A stretch of DNA of 64,000 nt, taken from Camelus ferus. Lineage: Eukaryota. The stretch covers positions 44,270,001-44,334,000 of the forward strand of contig NC_045696.1 of the NCBI RefSeq assembly GCF_009834535.1, in the 5' to 3' direction. A program made the translations under genes and the position numbers. Below, one piece after another: positions 38,070 through 51,777 of the stretch; within the stretch, counting starts at the first letter, position 1; every line of letters begins with the position of its first letter. The notes beneath the pieces are model-generated. The model saw nothing but the letters and a program-made list of their open reading frames with translations, ran no database searches and was not told the DNA's origin.

Positions 38070-39910
38070 AGAGTTCCAGTTTTTTTTTTTTTTAAAGGAT
38101 GTAGAAAATAGGAAATGGTTCTGCTCCCATCTCAGCAACGAGAAAAGAGCTTGGTGATTTACAAATCCATATCTTTTCCTGAACCTATCAGAGAGCTGAG
38201 TTCACAGGGCAATCAACTAGCCTGAAATCTAAAGAGAAGTAGAAACTGTCAAGGACAGATGTGGTCCCATGCACTAGGTTATCTGGGGCAGACCAAGAGA
38301 CAATATAAAATACAGGACTGCCGAAACAGTAAGAAAAAAAAAATTAATTGACATATAGTCAGTTACAATGTGTCAATTTCTGGTGTACAGCATAATGTCC
38401 CAGTCATGCATACACATACATATATTTGTTTCATATTTTTTTCATTAAAGGTTATTACAAGATATTGAATATAGTTCCCTGTGCTACACAGAAGAAATTT
38501 GTTTTTTATCTAATTTTATATACAGTGGTTAGTATCTGCAAATCTCGAACTCCCAAATTTATCTCTTCCCATCCTCTTTCCCCTGGTAACCATAATATCG
38601 TTTACTATGTCTGCAAGTTTGTTTCTGCTTTGCAGATGAGTTTTATTAATAAACTTCTAAAGGTTTAGTGTCAGCTAGCACTGAAAGTATAGAACCCCTG
38701 GGAACTGTAGGCACTTAGATACAACCCAACTATTGGAACTATCCATCAGGGATTTTAAAATATCTATGATTTAAAATATCTAAGTTAATAATCCTGGAGA
38801 AGTGGAGAAGTTGAACAAATGAAGGATTTAGCAGAAAGATGGAAACTATAAAAAATAATCAAGTGGAAATGCAAGAGAGAGAGACCTTTAAATGAGTCCA
38901 TCATTAGAGTCAACACAGTCTAGGAAATAGTCAGTGAAATTAGGTTAACAGAAATTACCCAAACTGAAACACAAGGGAAAAATGAGTTAAAATAAGGAAC
39001 AGAATATTCACACAAGCTCACATACATGTATTTGGGATCCTGTAAGAAGAGATAATGGGGCAAAAGAAATATTTAAAGTGAAAAAACACAATTTCTAAAA
39101 GTAATGAAAAATATCAAATCACAGATCTAAAACTTTCAGAGAATTTGAGGAAAATAAATACTCTGCCCAAAAAATGCACCTAAAAAGCTCCTATGCAAAC
39201 ACCTGGAAACCAAAGATAGAGAAAAAGCGTGGGAAAATTGATAAAACTCCAGTCAGGGTAACCAAGAAAAAAGAGAGCAGACATAAATTACTAACATCAG
39301 TCATGAAAGAGAGGATGTAACTATATGTCTATAGACAGTTTAGTTTGAACAAAAGAATGCTACAAAATTTAATAAAAGATTGTTACCAAAAAGTTATATG
39401 AAATAGATGAAATGAATGTGTGTGTGTAATATCAATAGTTCTATATATTTAAAGAAACCAAATTAAAAGTTAAAAACCTTACAATAGCAGCAGCAAAACT
39501 CTAGGCCTATATGACTTCTCTGGCAAAGTCTAACAAATATTTAAAGAAGAAATAATACCAATTTTATAGAAACTCTTTGACAAAATTAAAAAGAGAACGC
39601 ATCCCCACTCCCCCAGTGATGCAAAATGCTGTGATATCAAAATCAAAAAATAAGAAGACTGTAAGAAAAGTAAACTACAGTCCCAAAGCCCTATGGAATG
39701 AATATGTCAAAATCCTCAATAAAATATTAGTAAATCAAATCCAGCAAAACACAGATAAAGGTAAGTATATCATGATCAGATGGGGTTAATCTCTGGAAAT
39801 GTAGAGCTGGTCCAAAATTCTAAAACCAGTGAATGTATTTCCCCATTTCGACAGATAAGGGAGCAAAACCATACATTAATTTCAATAGAAACAGAAAAAG
39901 CATTTACTCC
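38070..39910 (+). mobile_element. Ancient L1M remnant (5' region, ORF1 and ORF2 pieces), interrupted by a younger L1
   Basis: ORF1-like aaactgaaacacaagggaaaa and atcaaatcacagatc; ORF2-like KILNKILVNQIQQ peptide (39577 ORF). Confidence 0.7.
38344..38644 (-). mobile_element. L1 3' UTR fragment (camelid type) inserted in old L1M
   Basis: tatagtcagttacaatgtgtcaatttctggtgtacagc...gttccctgtgctacacag; same family as 7113-7518. Confidence 0.9.
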
Positions 39911-41611
39911 TCAGGTGCGTATTTCATTATTCAGCATGCCCACATTATATCATAAGTGAAAAATGTAGGTTCCAGAAACAAACATATGTTTATATAACAT
40001 ATAGATATAGGTATATAGACATATGTGTACCTACACGTACACACACAATGATCCTGATGGATTAAATGTGTGTATTTGTGTACACAAAGAAAATATCTTG
40101 CATGTTAATTGTGGCTACATCTGGGTGGTTGAATCAGATTTTGGAAGCTACGTGAAAAATCAGGAATCTTGTACGTTTTTCTGTGTGTACCTCTGTGCAG
40201 TTAAATTGTTTTACAGCAGATTCATTACCTATATAATCAGTTTCAATATAAAAACTGTAATTATGACTGCCTGTTAAGTGACGTATTCTAAAAGAAGCTG
40301 TATATTAATGAGGGGGAAAAAGTGAAAGTTTCTAAATGAGGGTCTTGGAGTTGGCCAAAACTTACTGCCAGCAGATTCTTTTTCCTCAGTGCTCCTGGAG
40401 CATTAATTGGGACTTGGAATAGACGATTAACTCGCTCTTGTGAATGCTTTATCCTGTGGAGAGAGTTATGGCTGAGAATTAGAGCACTGTGAGGTATAGG
40501 TGAGGATGAAGCTGGCATAGTAACCATTCATTTCATGTTTCAAAGACAATTCTTCTTTACCAATTTATACACAGTTACATCTCATTTCCACAGTGGATGA
40601 TTTTTTAAAAAAAAACATATGAAAATGGGTTACTTTGTAAATAATGTGACACTGAATAACCTGCTAAGAAAACTTCACGAAGAACTGAGGGGTACGTAAG
40701 AGTGAAGAAGACACATTTGACATAACAGCTGTTTCAAAAGAGGCCAACGATCCACCCATGTCCTTCAGAGGAGAGGGCTGGGGTGGGAGGTGGTCAAAGG
40801 AGAGACCAAGTGGATTCAGTGGGGAGACTTCATCACCCCAATGTTTTGAATTGATTTTATTCTTTTGATGTTTGGAGTTCTCCATAAAACTGCATTTATA
40901 GAGAGTGTACCACTGCAAAAGAAAGTTTATAACAACTTGTCTACTAAATTCATTTAAAAAATACAGGCACTGAGCCTTTAGAGTTGCCCGTACCTCACTT
41001 CACTGTCTTTTTACTTGTAACCCAAGCTGTTCCACATATGTTGCCTTTACACAGAAACAGTTCAAGAGCTTATTACACTTATTTATAGATTACACTTATG
41101 GTATGCTTATGCATTAAATTACAATTAATTTTAAATTCTATGAATACCATTTATGTTATAGATCTGTTGTTTTTAATTGAAAAAAGAACACATGCTTGGC
41201 TAATAATAAAAGTTTCAAATATTAAAAATATAATTTGTATGAAGTGTAGTATAATTCTCCCTCTCCCCCAAGGTCCCTCCACCCCTTCCCAAGATGCAAT
41301 CTTGCAACATTTTTGTGAATATACCTCTAGAAATCTTATATACACATACAATTCATATACATGTGAATATAAATATTTACAAATATGAGTAACCTTTTAC
41401 AAAACCCAAATGGTTGTACTCAACATTCTATACCTTTTTCTAATCATACCTCTTAGAAATTATTTCATTATGTAACATGAGTTTAAGAACTACAGTGCCT
41501 ATCATTGCCTGCATCATAATTTAATTATAATTTTAGTTGATCAAATCATGCTTTTTAAACTTACCTCATTAAATTAAGGTCATGTTGGTCGATTTTTGTA
41601 ATTAAAAACCG

Positions 41612-41950
41612 TATTATCAGTTTAAGTTATCAGTTGCTCCTGTAGTGCTTCATAACAAACCACCTCCAATTCAAAGGTTTAAAACAATGACCATTTAATA
41701 AAATATAGTGTAGATGAGTCATTCTTCTGGTCTTGGCTAAACTCATTCACCTGTCTGCAGTCAGTCAAAAGTTGAGGAAGTTGTTTTGCTAATCTTGTCT
41801 AAATCCTTTGATATGTTTATGCCTGTCTGGAGGTAGGCTGGATTTTGTCTCATCTAGGATGGCCTTTGACTGGGACAATGGGGGTGACTATGAAGATAAG
41901 GACATCTCAGCAGTCCTCCACATGTCCCTCACACCCTTTCCATATAAGAC
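41612..41950 (-). mobile_element. Old MaLR LTR (MLT1H-like)
   Basis: cataacaaaccacctcc...ttaaaacaatgaccatt; ctaggatggcctttgactgggac. Confidence 0.6.
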
Positions 41951-44900
41951 AGTTTTAGTTTCCTGCAGGAGATACCTAGTCAGTGATTCTGAGAACACTA
42001 TTTAGAAATTGTTTTAATGTGTACAGGCACATTATGTTTTCCCCTAGAGTTGGTCTCTTTATTCATCTTGGGCCTTCTCCTTCACGCTAATGGTTTTACT
42101 AAGAGGCTGTGTCCTTGGTTGTTGAGTTGTATTTATTAACAGAGGGTTATCTTAGAAGAGGTAGCTGGCAAAGGATAACATTAGATAGGTTACAGGAATG
42201 CTTTTCAAACAAACCTCTCTCTTGAAAGGGAGTGTGAACCACTCATTTACAACTAGAACTGATATTTCAATAGGTAGAGTTGGCAAGTGAGAACAAAAAG
42301 GAGAGAAAGCAGACAGATGAATAGACTCCACCTGCCGAACAAGTGGGCTTTACTCCGGAAAGGTGAAGCAATTCAGTATATTTTACTGCCCTACCAAATT
42401 GCCTCCCTTATCCCACCATATTTTTTTTCTCCTTTTCTAGTGAAGAGGTTCGGTTGACACCTCACTCTGTTCACAACACTATTAGGACAAACACCCTTTC
42501 TAATTTCCTCTGAATATATATCTATTGATTCGTTTAACAACAGTTCTCAAGATCTGTGCTGTGGGCAAGTTGGTGTTCTATTTACAGAGTAAAACAAAAG
42601 TTGTCCTAAGAGCCAATTCTTTTGTTATTTTTTTAAGAGCCAAGTTATTTTAATATGGCTCCTACATGAATTAATCTGATGCCTCTCCCCTTCACCCTCC
42701 ACATCCTGGCTTTGTTGATTCTTGACTTAGAAATTCACTTGAGAAGAGCCTCACTTATCTCCAGTGGCTTGAGCCATTATTTGTTCTGATTTCTTCCCCA
42801 TTCACATTCTTTCTGCTGTTAGTATTGCTGAAATCACTCAAAATTTTCTATGGCAAACTTTCTTATACTCAAACACTTTTATAGCTGAAAAAATTTTATA
42901 GTTATTAAGTAACACCAATTCTATATAATCTCTATAATAACTTTGAGGGAGTAGGAGACATCTTTGCTTTACTATCAGGAGCTAGAAATAGGTAATTAAA
43001 TATGTAATGAAATGATTTTAAGAATAAAAAGATTAATGTAAATAATAAGGGGAAACTCTTACTGATTCAATGGCAAATAATCCAGAATGTGTATTTTTAA
43101 AATGAAACACTTTGGCCTCAAAACAAAATTTAATCAAAGAACTAATTCTGAATGATAACGTTTCATTGGTATCTTTTCTTACAGGTAATCTACTTTCCAT
43201 CCTCCCATTCATAGGTGGCAAATGAGATCTGCTATCATCTGTTTTTCCATTAGAGAGCAAATAGATTTTAATTCTATTCCGAACCACATTTTTAGGTAGT
43301 ATTAAAGGAAGTATAAAATCTGATTTTAATTGCCTAAGACTTCCCAACTTGATGACATAAATTATGATCTAATTATAGAACTAGATTTGTCAGATCTGTG
43401 GAATGATAGAAATCATCTCTCCTACTTTTAGGTCTGTGTATAGAAAATTACCTTGTAACTAAAATGTTTCTTTTTTTAAGATAACTGCCAGTCTGGAGTC
43501 AGTGGGCTAACTCTTTGCACAGAGAATCAAGCACTTAATTTTTAAACAATCAGATGCTGACAAAACTAAATATTGTTACCACTCTCTTTGGAAGTGGCCA
43601 TTAAGACATATAATGTCCCTCTCTAATAAACTTGTAACATACAAAATTGCTTGTGGGAATTCTTCCTAGAATTTCGTATCTAAACGGGACAGCTGGTAAG
43701 AAAACAGGTCTCTGTCATCTTAGAATAGATCATTTATTTTTCAGTCCTCTCAAGAGATTACCCCTTTGGCAACCAGACACTTTTTGCCATCTGCAGCAGG
43801 TGAAAAACACAGATAGTTTGTTAAATTCTGGTGCATTTCAGTGATCAAAAGAAACATTTGCAGAAAAATGTTTTCTGTCATCTTGGTGGAAATTTTATGT
43901 AATTTTAAGAAATGTTCCCTCCCCATGATCTCTGACAGTATGCCATCTCTTTTCCAAATATATTATTACTGTCCTTCCCAAAGATGTTTAATATAGTGTC
44001 AGGAATTAGCCATTTAATGTGTTCATAAATCATACCAAAGTTATTCAATAGCCGTATTTCAAACTGTAATTTCTGCTTCAAGTCCCAGCATTATCTTATG
44101 CCAATTTAGTTAACATCCAAAAGAGTCAATCTTCTTTCAAATTTCACTATTTTCCTGACCCCCTTCTTGTCTCTTTCAGTTCAACTCTCAAGCCTATATA
44201 AGCACTGTACACTATACATACAGGCTAACAAGGACTCATGATCACCATACACGTTTCAGGTAATAAGAAATTTTGAGGATTTTCTGCTTCCCAAACCATC
44301 TACACTTTACTGCTGCATTCAGGACTGTTCAGGTCTTGTAATCTAAACTAGTATATGAACAAAACTCCTTACCAATAAATCTTATAATCCATAATATGTA
44401 TTTGTATTTGTATTTATTTATAGTTATATGACATATCATGTAATAGCTATATTGTAGACTCTGAATTAGCTCCTAATTATCTGATATCAAGATGGATGAA
44501 TGAATAAATGTTATTCCAGAAGGAATCTAATTAACTAGACAAACCAGAGTACTCTCAAGCAAAATAACTAGGGTTCCCCCATAGTTGAAAACACTAGAAG
44601 AAAATATGGGGATTTTCAGCACTAATTTTCAAGCCATTTCTAAACTGATGTAGCCCTTTATTCAAATGAAATATTGCTTGGAATTCCAGTATGTAAAATA
44701 GGAAAAAGTTGAGATACTTGGGTTGAGGAAGAATAGGATAGGAGGGCTTATAACCAAACTTCTGTCCCTAGCATGTCACTCTGTGACATGATTCACTGTC
44801 TTTCACCTCTCTGAGGACTACAGATTATAGTTTAAAAACTCGTATTGTATAGGAAAAATTGATTATTGCTAATTACTGTTGTATACATACTGTTTATACT

Positions 44901-45639
44901 GCATACAACTTAAGGAATAAACCTAAAGCAGTGTATATTACCATAAACTTTTAAAAATGTATTTTACATTTGATCTTGAAAATATAATTCAATATGGAAC
45001 AATTCTGGAAAACAAAAACCTCATCGATGAAAATATTTAAGCTTTTCAAATATTTCAGTTTAATTCACAAAACATTAAACTTTTAAAATGGCAAATGATA
45101 TCAGCACACTAGCTTCTTTATAGAAACAGCCAAGCTGGAGGTGAAGGAAAAAAATTACCTATTCTGGTAAGTGTTAGAAAGTGAGTGCCAATGAGTTAGC
45201 GAGCCCTGGAAATACATTATCACTGAAGACATCTGCTCGACCCTGGCAGCCTAACTACATTAGGCGCTTTCATGGCTTCTTAGCAAGGAGAATAGAAGCA
45301 AATCAAAGGGTTTAAGTAGAAGAGGAGAACTCTCCCCCACATAAAACTCGGACATACTTTAACACATCGTTGAGTAAGGAAAAACAAAAACAACAAGCAA
45401 AATTCACTAGAGACCAGAAGATTCTCAGAATAATTAACTGTTTACCTCTGAAATCCTTGTAGTTTTAGACGCAGCATTTCTACCAGCATGGGTGCAAAAA
45501 CTCCAAGTCAAAAATTTAAAGGGTGATGAGTTGGTCAAATTTTCAGGCAAGCTTCAATCAGCAAGCAGAAATGATTTCCAGAACAGTGCATTTTAATACA
45601 ATTCTCAAATGATTCCAATAAATACTGTTCATAGGAACA

Positions 45640-47720
45640 GGAGCTCACAATTTTTAAAAACCAACAAACAAATGAAGAAATCTACCACCATAAATAAGAG
45701 TCAGCAGGAAAAAAAATTCACACAAACTGGACATTTAAGTCCTTGAAGATTTCATACGTTGAAGTTGTAAGTTATAAAATATAAAGGCATTTTATATTTT
45801 TAAAAATATAAAGAGACTATTTAAGATAGAAGAAATTAACCAACCTTATTTAGGGAAACAACTAAATATAATTTTTAGAAATCAAAAATAGAATAATTAA
45901 AATTTTTAAAAAATGGTCATATCAAACTGCAGATTAGGCTTAAATAAAAGATTTAGTAAAGTGGAAAATGTATATATAAAGAAATTATGTAATATAAGGC
46001 ACACAAACACTAGAGAAAAATTATAAAAGAAAAATTAAGAAAGCAGACAGAGAAAGACAGTTTGGAAATTAAATAACTAGAAGTATATAAAACAGAAAAT
46101 TGGAGACAGATAATAATCAAAGAGAAATAGGTTAATAGTTTTCCTGAATTTAGAAAAGATAAAGTCACAGGTTCAAATACTTAAAGTCCAAGCAGAACAA
46201 GTTAAAAAATGTCCCTTGAATGGCATATGGTGAAACGGTCAGTAAGAGAAAATTTTACAAGCAGTTAGAGATAGGATGGATTACCTACACTCAATGACAA
46301 TTAGCCCAATAGCTGCCCCCTCAATATCATAGTAGAAATACAAATATAGTGGATAATATATTCATGGTAATTAGAGAAAATAATCATTGAACTAGAACTG
46401 TACATCCACTAAATCATCTTTCAAGAAAGAGGTAAAAGTAAACACGTTTTCAAAATAACAAAAGTTCTGTTCATTATCAAAAAAGTATCACTAAAAGACT
46501 TCATAAAGCAGTGCTATCCAATAGAATTTTCTGCAATGATGGAAATATTCTACATCTGTTCTGTCCAGTATGGTAATCAAAAGCCACTTGAGACTTTAAG
46601 CACTTAGAGATGCAGCTACTGTGGCTGAGGAACTGAATTTTTAATTTTAATTTTAATTAACTTAAATTTAAGTAGTCACATATGGCTAGTGGACTATGCA
46701 TTAGACAAGTTTTAAAGGATATAATTTAAGAATGAATGATGTGCAAAGATAATAGTAAAATTATTTATAAATATTAAAGTACATAAAACAATTTAAAAAT
46801 CTTATTTGTGCTTTTAAGAGAATCAAGAGAGAGTAAACTGAAATCATAGTCAGCAATATGATCTGGGAAGAGGATAATTAGAACATTGTAAAGTTCTTGT
46901 TTAGGAGGAGAGTAAAGTAAATATTAACTTAATCTTTAACAAACTAAATAGTCATAGTAAATTCTAGGGAGACTAATAAAAGGAAATAACTAGAATATAT
47001 AATTTCCAACCTAGGAGATATATAAAAAAAAGAGTGAGTGAAAGAGACAACAAACTCAATATAAAATAAGGCAATAAGGAAGAAAAAAAATCTATATAAT
47101 ATGCAACAAATAAAAGGGACAAAATACGATGAGCAATAGAAATAAATCTATCTGTGATAATATTAAATATAAAAAGAAAAATTTCCTACTTAAAAGGTAA
47201 AGATTACTCAGGAGTGTTTTAAAAAGAGCTAGTTGTATTCAGTGTATAAGAATATAAAATGAGGGTAAGAGAAAGTTATACCAGGCAAATACAAACAAAA
47301 GAAAATCGATGTATGTATGCTAATATCAGAAAAAATTGGATTTAGGGGAAAAATTTACTATAGATAGAGTTTTCTATGTTAATAAAATGTTTAATTCATG
47401 AGGACAGGATTAAAAATTGTAAATTTATAAACACTCAATAAAATAGCTTCAAAGCATCTAATAAATTGAAAAATATAATTTAAAAAATTTATAAATCTGT
47501 CATCATAAGAGATTTTATCACACTTTTGCTCACCAAATTATTGATAAGTAAGAGAAAAACTCATTAAAGACATGGCAGTTTAAAGTAACATAATAAAAAA
47601 TAATGATCAAATAAAAACTGTCATAAATACAATATTTCAAGCATACAGGAAAGTTTTCATGGAAATTGACCATGTTCAGAGACATAAAACAAGTTTTAAC
47701 AAATTTCAAAAAAGGGTACC
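45640..47720 (+). mobile_element. Ancient degraded L1ME-like ORF1/ORF2 remnant
   Basis: A-rich with L1 motifs (gtggataatatattc, aactagaactgtacatcc, ataccaggcaaatacaaacaaaagaaa, aaattgaccatgtt). Confidence 0.6.
46509..46710. mobile_element. hAT-Charlie DNA transposon (MER3-like)
   Basis: cagtgctatccaatagaattttctgcaatgatggaaatattcta...gaggaactgaatttttaatt...cacatatggctagtgg. Confidence 0.9.
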
Positions 47721-47739
47721 ATACAGAGGACCTAGCAGT

Positions 47740-48670
47740 CATCACCAAACTCCTGTCTTCTTCTTTTTGAGAAAAGAGGTGGAGTCCACTTCCCAGACTT
47801 GATTTCAGTTGAAGCAAAAAAGTACATGCAGCATATGTAACCACGGAGGCTATTTTATTCAATGGAATGTGAGCAGAAATGATGTGTGTTTCTTCCAAGC
47901 ATGTGTTATAAACACCTCTTATAAATAATTTTCCATTCTCATTCCCATATCACTGTCATGGTGATAAGTACAGAGAAATGGAAGCCCTGTGCAAAGATAC
48001 TATAGCCCTAATATAAAAAAAATGCCTGGAATCTTGAATCATTGTTTAAAAAAGAGTCTCTTCCTAATCAAGAACATAAGTGTTGGAAGCTTTACATGAA
48101 AAAGAAATGAAAGTATGTTTTGTTAACTCACTGAGATTTCAGAGTTTATCTGTTACAAACACTAGTGTTATTATATCTAATACAGAAATTGATATCAGAA
48201 GTAGTGTGCTACAGTACATCATTTTATATATCTACATGTATATATATAAACATAAAATATTATTTTAGTAATTCAGCATTGGATGGTGATGAACTCTTAT
48301 TAAAGATCAAAAAAATGAGGAACCATGAAATAGATGGCAAAACACTTGGAGACATGTGACCTACAATAATTTGGAAGGCAAACCATGTGTCTTCTGAGTC
48401 TGCTGCTCTAAGTAAAGTGATTAGACAGAGTCAGTGTAACAGTATTCGCTGGATTCTGATTTTGGTAATGTATTACAAGATAGATATGACGTCAAATAAG
48501 AATTTTTTATTTTGCCAGCCAAAATAAAAGGAAATAAGAGTTTTTAATAAATTGTGGCACAGAAGAATCAGAAACGGCAAATGTTTCTAGACCTCAAGCA
48601 ATAAGACATTAGACTAAAAGAGACTTTGAGAGTCAAAAACCCATAAAGATGTAACTCTGCAATAAAGGTG
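47740..48670 (+). mobile_element. Old MaLR LTR (to 48184) plus MLT-int internal sequence
   Basis: LTR end ctaataca directly followed by gaaattgatatcagaagt, the typical start of MaLR internal sequence. Confidence 0.7.
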
Positions 48671-48750
48671 AGTGTGTTAATTACCTATTACTGTATAAAA
48701 CTACCCTGCGTAGTGTATTATCTATCTATTATTACGTAACAAATTTCCCT

Positions 48751-49639
48751 ATTCAGAGGCCCCAAAGACATTGGATCATTGTCTCTAGAACCTGTGGATG
48801 TTACTTTATATGATAAAGTTTTTATGGGTGTGATTAAATTAAGAATTTTGAGTCATTTTTTAGATTTCACATGTAAGTGATATCATGATATTTGTCTTTC
48901 AAATGAACTTATTTATGAAACAGAAATAGACTCACAAACATAGAAAACAAATTTATGGTTACTAAAGGGGAAAGGGAGGAGGGATAAATTAGAAGTTTGG
49001 GATTAGCAGATACAAACTACTATATAAAAAATAGATAAACAACAAGGTCCTACTGTATAGCACGGGGAATTACATTCAATAACTGTATATGTATAACTAA
49101 ATCACAATGCTGTGCAACAGAAACTAACACAAAATTGTAAATCAACTATACTTTAATTTAAAAAAAACAATTACACTAGTGCTTTTCCTCAAAGCAATCC
49201 TTGTACTTTAATGTGCAGCCAAAGTGCCTCATTCATATTTTGCATTTCCCACATATAGGATAATAAAAAGACATTTACTAAAGGGTAAAAAAAAAAGAAT
49301 TTTGAATAAGAAGATTAATCTGGATTATCCAGGTTGGCCCTAAATCCTATCACAAGTGTCCTTAAAAAGAGATGCAGAGAGAAATCAGAGAGCAAAGCAA
49401 TCTGAAGAAGGAGGCAGAGATTGGACTGATGTAGTGACAGGCCAGTCAACAGAGCAGCATGTACCAGATTCTCCTTTATAGTCTCCAGAGGAAGTGTGGC
49501 TTGGCTGATACCTTGATTTTGACTCGCTGAAATTGTTTTTGGATTTCTAGACTCCAGATCTGTTAAAGAACACATTTCTTCTCTTTTATGCTACCCAGTT
49601 TGTAATTACCTGTTACAGCAGCCATAGGAAACTAAGACA
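48751..49639 (+). mobile_element. MLT1C/D-like LTR, split by L1
   Basis: ggccccaaaga...gtgtgattaaattaagaattttga resumes after the L1 with agattaatctggattatccaggttggccctaaat; ends gcagccataggaaactaagaca. Confidence 0.85.
48852..49294 (+). mobile_element. Short L1 with 5' inversion and 3' transduction
   Basis: TSD aagaattttga 48841-48851 / 49295-49305; inverted 48852-48899; sense UTR 48900-49167; non-L1 49168-49286 with AATAAA; second A tail. Confidence 0.92.
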
Positions 49640-50239
49640 CCTTAAGCAGCTATAAACAATAAACATTTATTTTCTCACTGTTTCTCTGGGTCAGGATTAC
49701 AGGATTGACTCATCTGGATTGTCCTGGTTTAAGAACTCTTACAAATCCATTATCAAGGTGTCTGTAACCATCTCTAGGCTCAGCTGGGGAAGATCTCTCT
49801 CCAAGTTCACTCATACAGCTTTTGGCAGGTCTCAGAAGATCTGCTTCCAAGCTCACTCACGTAGTACTTTCCACATAGATGCATCAGTTCATGGTAGCTG
49901 GCTTCCCCAAGTGAGCAATCTGAGAGAGAGAAAGAGAAGGCACCAAGATGGAAGCCAGTCTTTTTCTAACTTAATATTGGAAGTGAAATCCTATCACAGA
50001 TGCCATATTCTGTTAGTTAGAATTGAGTCAGTAAGTCCATCTTACGTTCGAGGGGAGTGTGTTGCACTAGGGCATTCATAGCAGGAGGTGAGGCTCTTTG
50101 GGGGCCATGTTGGAAGTTACCTACCACATAGGCATAGATTGTATGAGGAAATACTTAGAAACACTGAAGAAAATTTATTTTATCTTAGCTCAGGGATGGA
50201 TAGGATAAGAAGAAAGGGTAAATCTTAGAATTCCAGGTA

Positions 50240-50950
50240 TAATTTTGGATACTCTGAAGAAAGCAAAAATATAAGAATAGAAATCAGATCATTGGTTGCC
50301 AGGGGGCTCAGAGTGGGATAATAGGTAATTGCCAAAAAGTGGTACTTTGAGGTTGACAAAATTATTCTATATCTTGATTGTGGTTGTAATTACCACAAAC
50401 ATACAGTTAGTACGTGTTTGTATAAATCATCAAACTATACGTACAATGGGTCAACTTTATAGGACATAAATTATATCACAACAGATCTGACTAAAAATTA
50501 TTGCTTCAGTGCAAACCAGGAATAACATCAAGGAATGAATAAATCTAATCAGATACAAAAATTGGGGGAAAAACAAATTGAGAATATTCCTCAAATTATT
50601 TTATGATGTTAGAATAACCTGAGTCCCAAAATCTGAAAAGGGGATTTAAAAAATCAGAAAATTAGAGGCTTATTTGTAAAAATAAATACAAAAATCCTAA
50701 ACAAATTTTAGCAAAAGAAATACTTAAAAAATAAAAAGGATAATGCATCATGACAGAATTGGATTCATCCCAGGAATGCAAAATTACTTTCTCAGTTTAA
50801 AAAAAAAATCAATGAATGTGATTCATCAAGATAATTTTAATAGGTAAAGAAAAAGAATTAGTCACATTTCAATATCATTTATAATTTTTAGAGTACCTCT
50901 CAACAAATTAAGAATAAAAGGAATTTCCTTTAATTGACTTTAAAAGATTG
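50240..50950 (+). mobile_element. Old L1M fragments (L1MC/MD-like 3' end and ORF2 pieces)
   Basis: cagatcattggttgccaggggg, ttctatatcttgattgtgg; aaatacaaaaatcctaaacaaa, ggattcatcccaggaatgcaa. Confidence 0.65.
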
Positions 50951-51069
50951 TGGTCGCTGTTGCCAGGGTTTTTGTAAGCAATTGCTGTCACAGATTTAAA
51001 AAGAAAACAGAGCAAAACATTTTCTCTAAACTCAGAATAATAGGGTCCTAGTATGAATGAATTCATTCA

Positions 51070-51625
51070 ACATGCCAGATCTTTTTGGTTGCTTACCCAT
51101 CATCCTTTATTTCTTATTGGTAGAATCCAGTGTTGTTCAGAATCACATTGATGTCCTTCTACATATGACAAAGCAAAACTAGTCTAAGTTGTTACGACAA
51201 TCTTTATTCCTTTGCCAGATACGGAATTTACCAGCTTCCTATTGTGGCCATTATGGCCATGTGAGCCCATTCTGACAAATAGAACATACATAGTACATGA
51301 CTACTACTTGATTAGAGTTGCTTCTAAGAAAATTTACTTTCTATTAAAAAGAAGCATGCAGATGGCATCACCTTTCTTGCCTTGAACATGAATGTAATGT
51401 CTGAATCTGAGATAAGTCATCTTACCCCCATGATACAGAGAGTAACTTGCTGAGGAAAATACACAGAGGATGAAAAGAATCTAGCTGCTTGAAGACACTA
51501 TTAAGCATCTATCAGTATTGGGTTATCTGTGTCTAGACTTGGGCATGATTAATGTCTTTATTGCTTTCAGCAAGTATCAGTAAGGAATTTTGTACTTGCA
51601 GCTGAAAGTACTCTAATAGATACAA
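51070..51625 (+). mobile_element. Old MaLR LTR (MLT1K-like)
   Basis: ggccatgtgagcccattctg, gccttgaacatgaatgtaatgtctg, 3' end tacttgcagctgaaag...taca. Confidence 0.65.
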
Positions 51626-51777
51626 CTACTGGTCACCCCAAATTCTCTTATAATTAAACTATCTTTATTTCCAATTCATGAGTGCTTAGATGGGGTAGCT
51701 TGGTCCTTTTTACTTGTAACAAAAATTATTTAGTTCAAAAATTTATATTTGATAGTAATGTATATTCTCAAAGAAAT

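Larger units (their letters stand above)
48714..50128 (-). mobile_element. MLT1F-like LTR, split by nested MLT1C/D and L1
   Basis: Left piece tgtatt...gtaacaaatt; right piece from 49640 aaacatttattttctcac...ggggccatgttggaagttacctaccaca. Confidence 0.75.

Noticed and set aside
44772..44790. Perfect 8-bp hairpin catgtcac/gtgacatg
   Set aside because: Chance-level and appears to sit in degraded MIR-like sequence.
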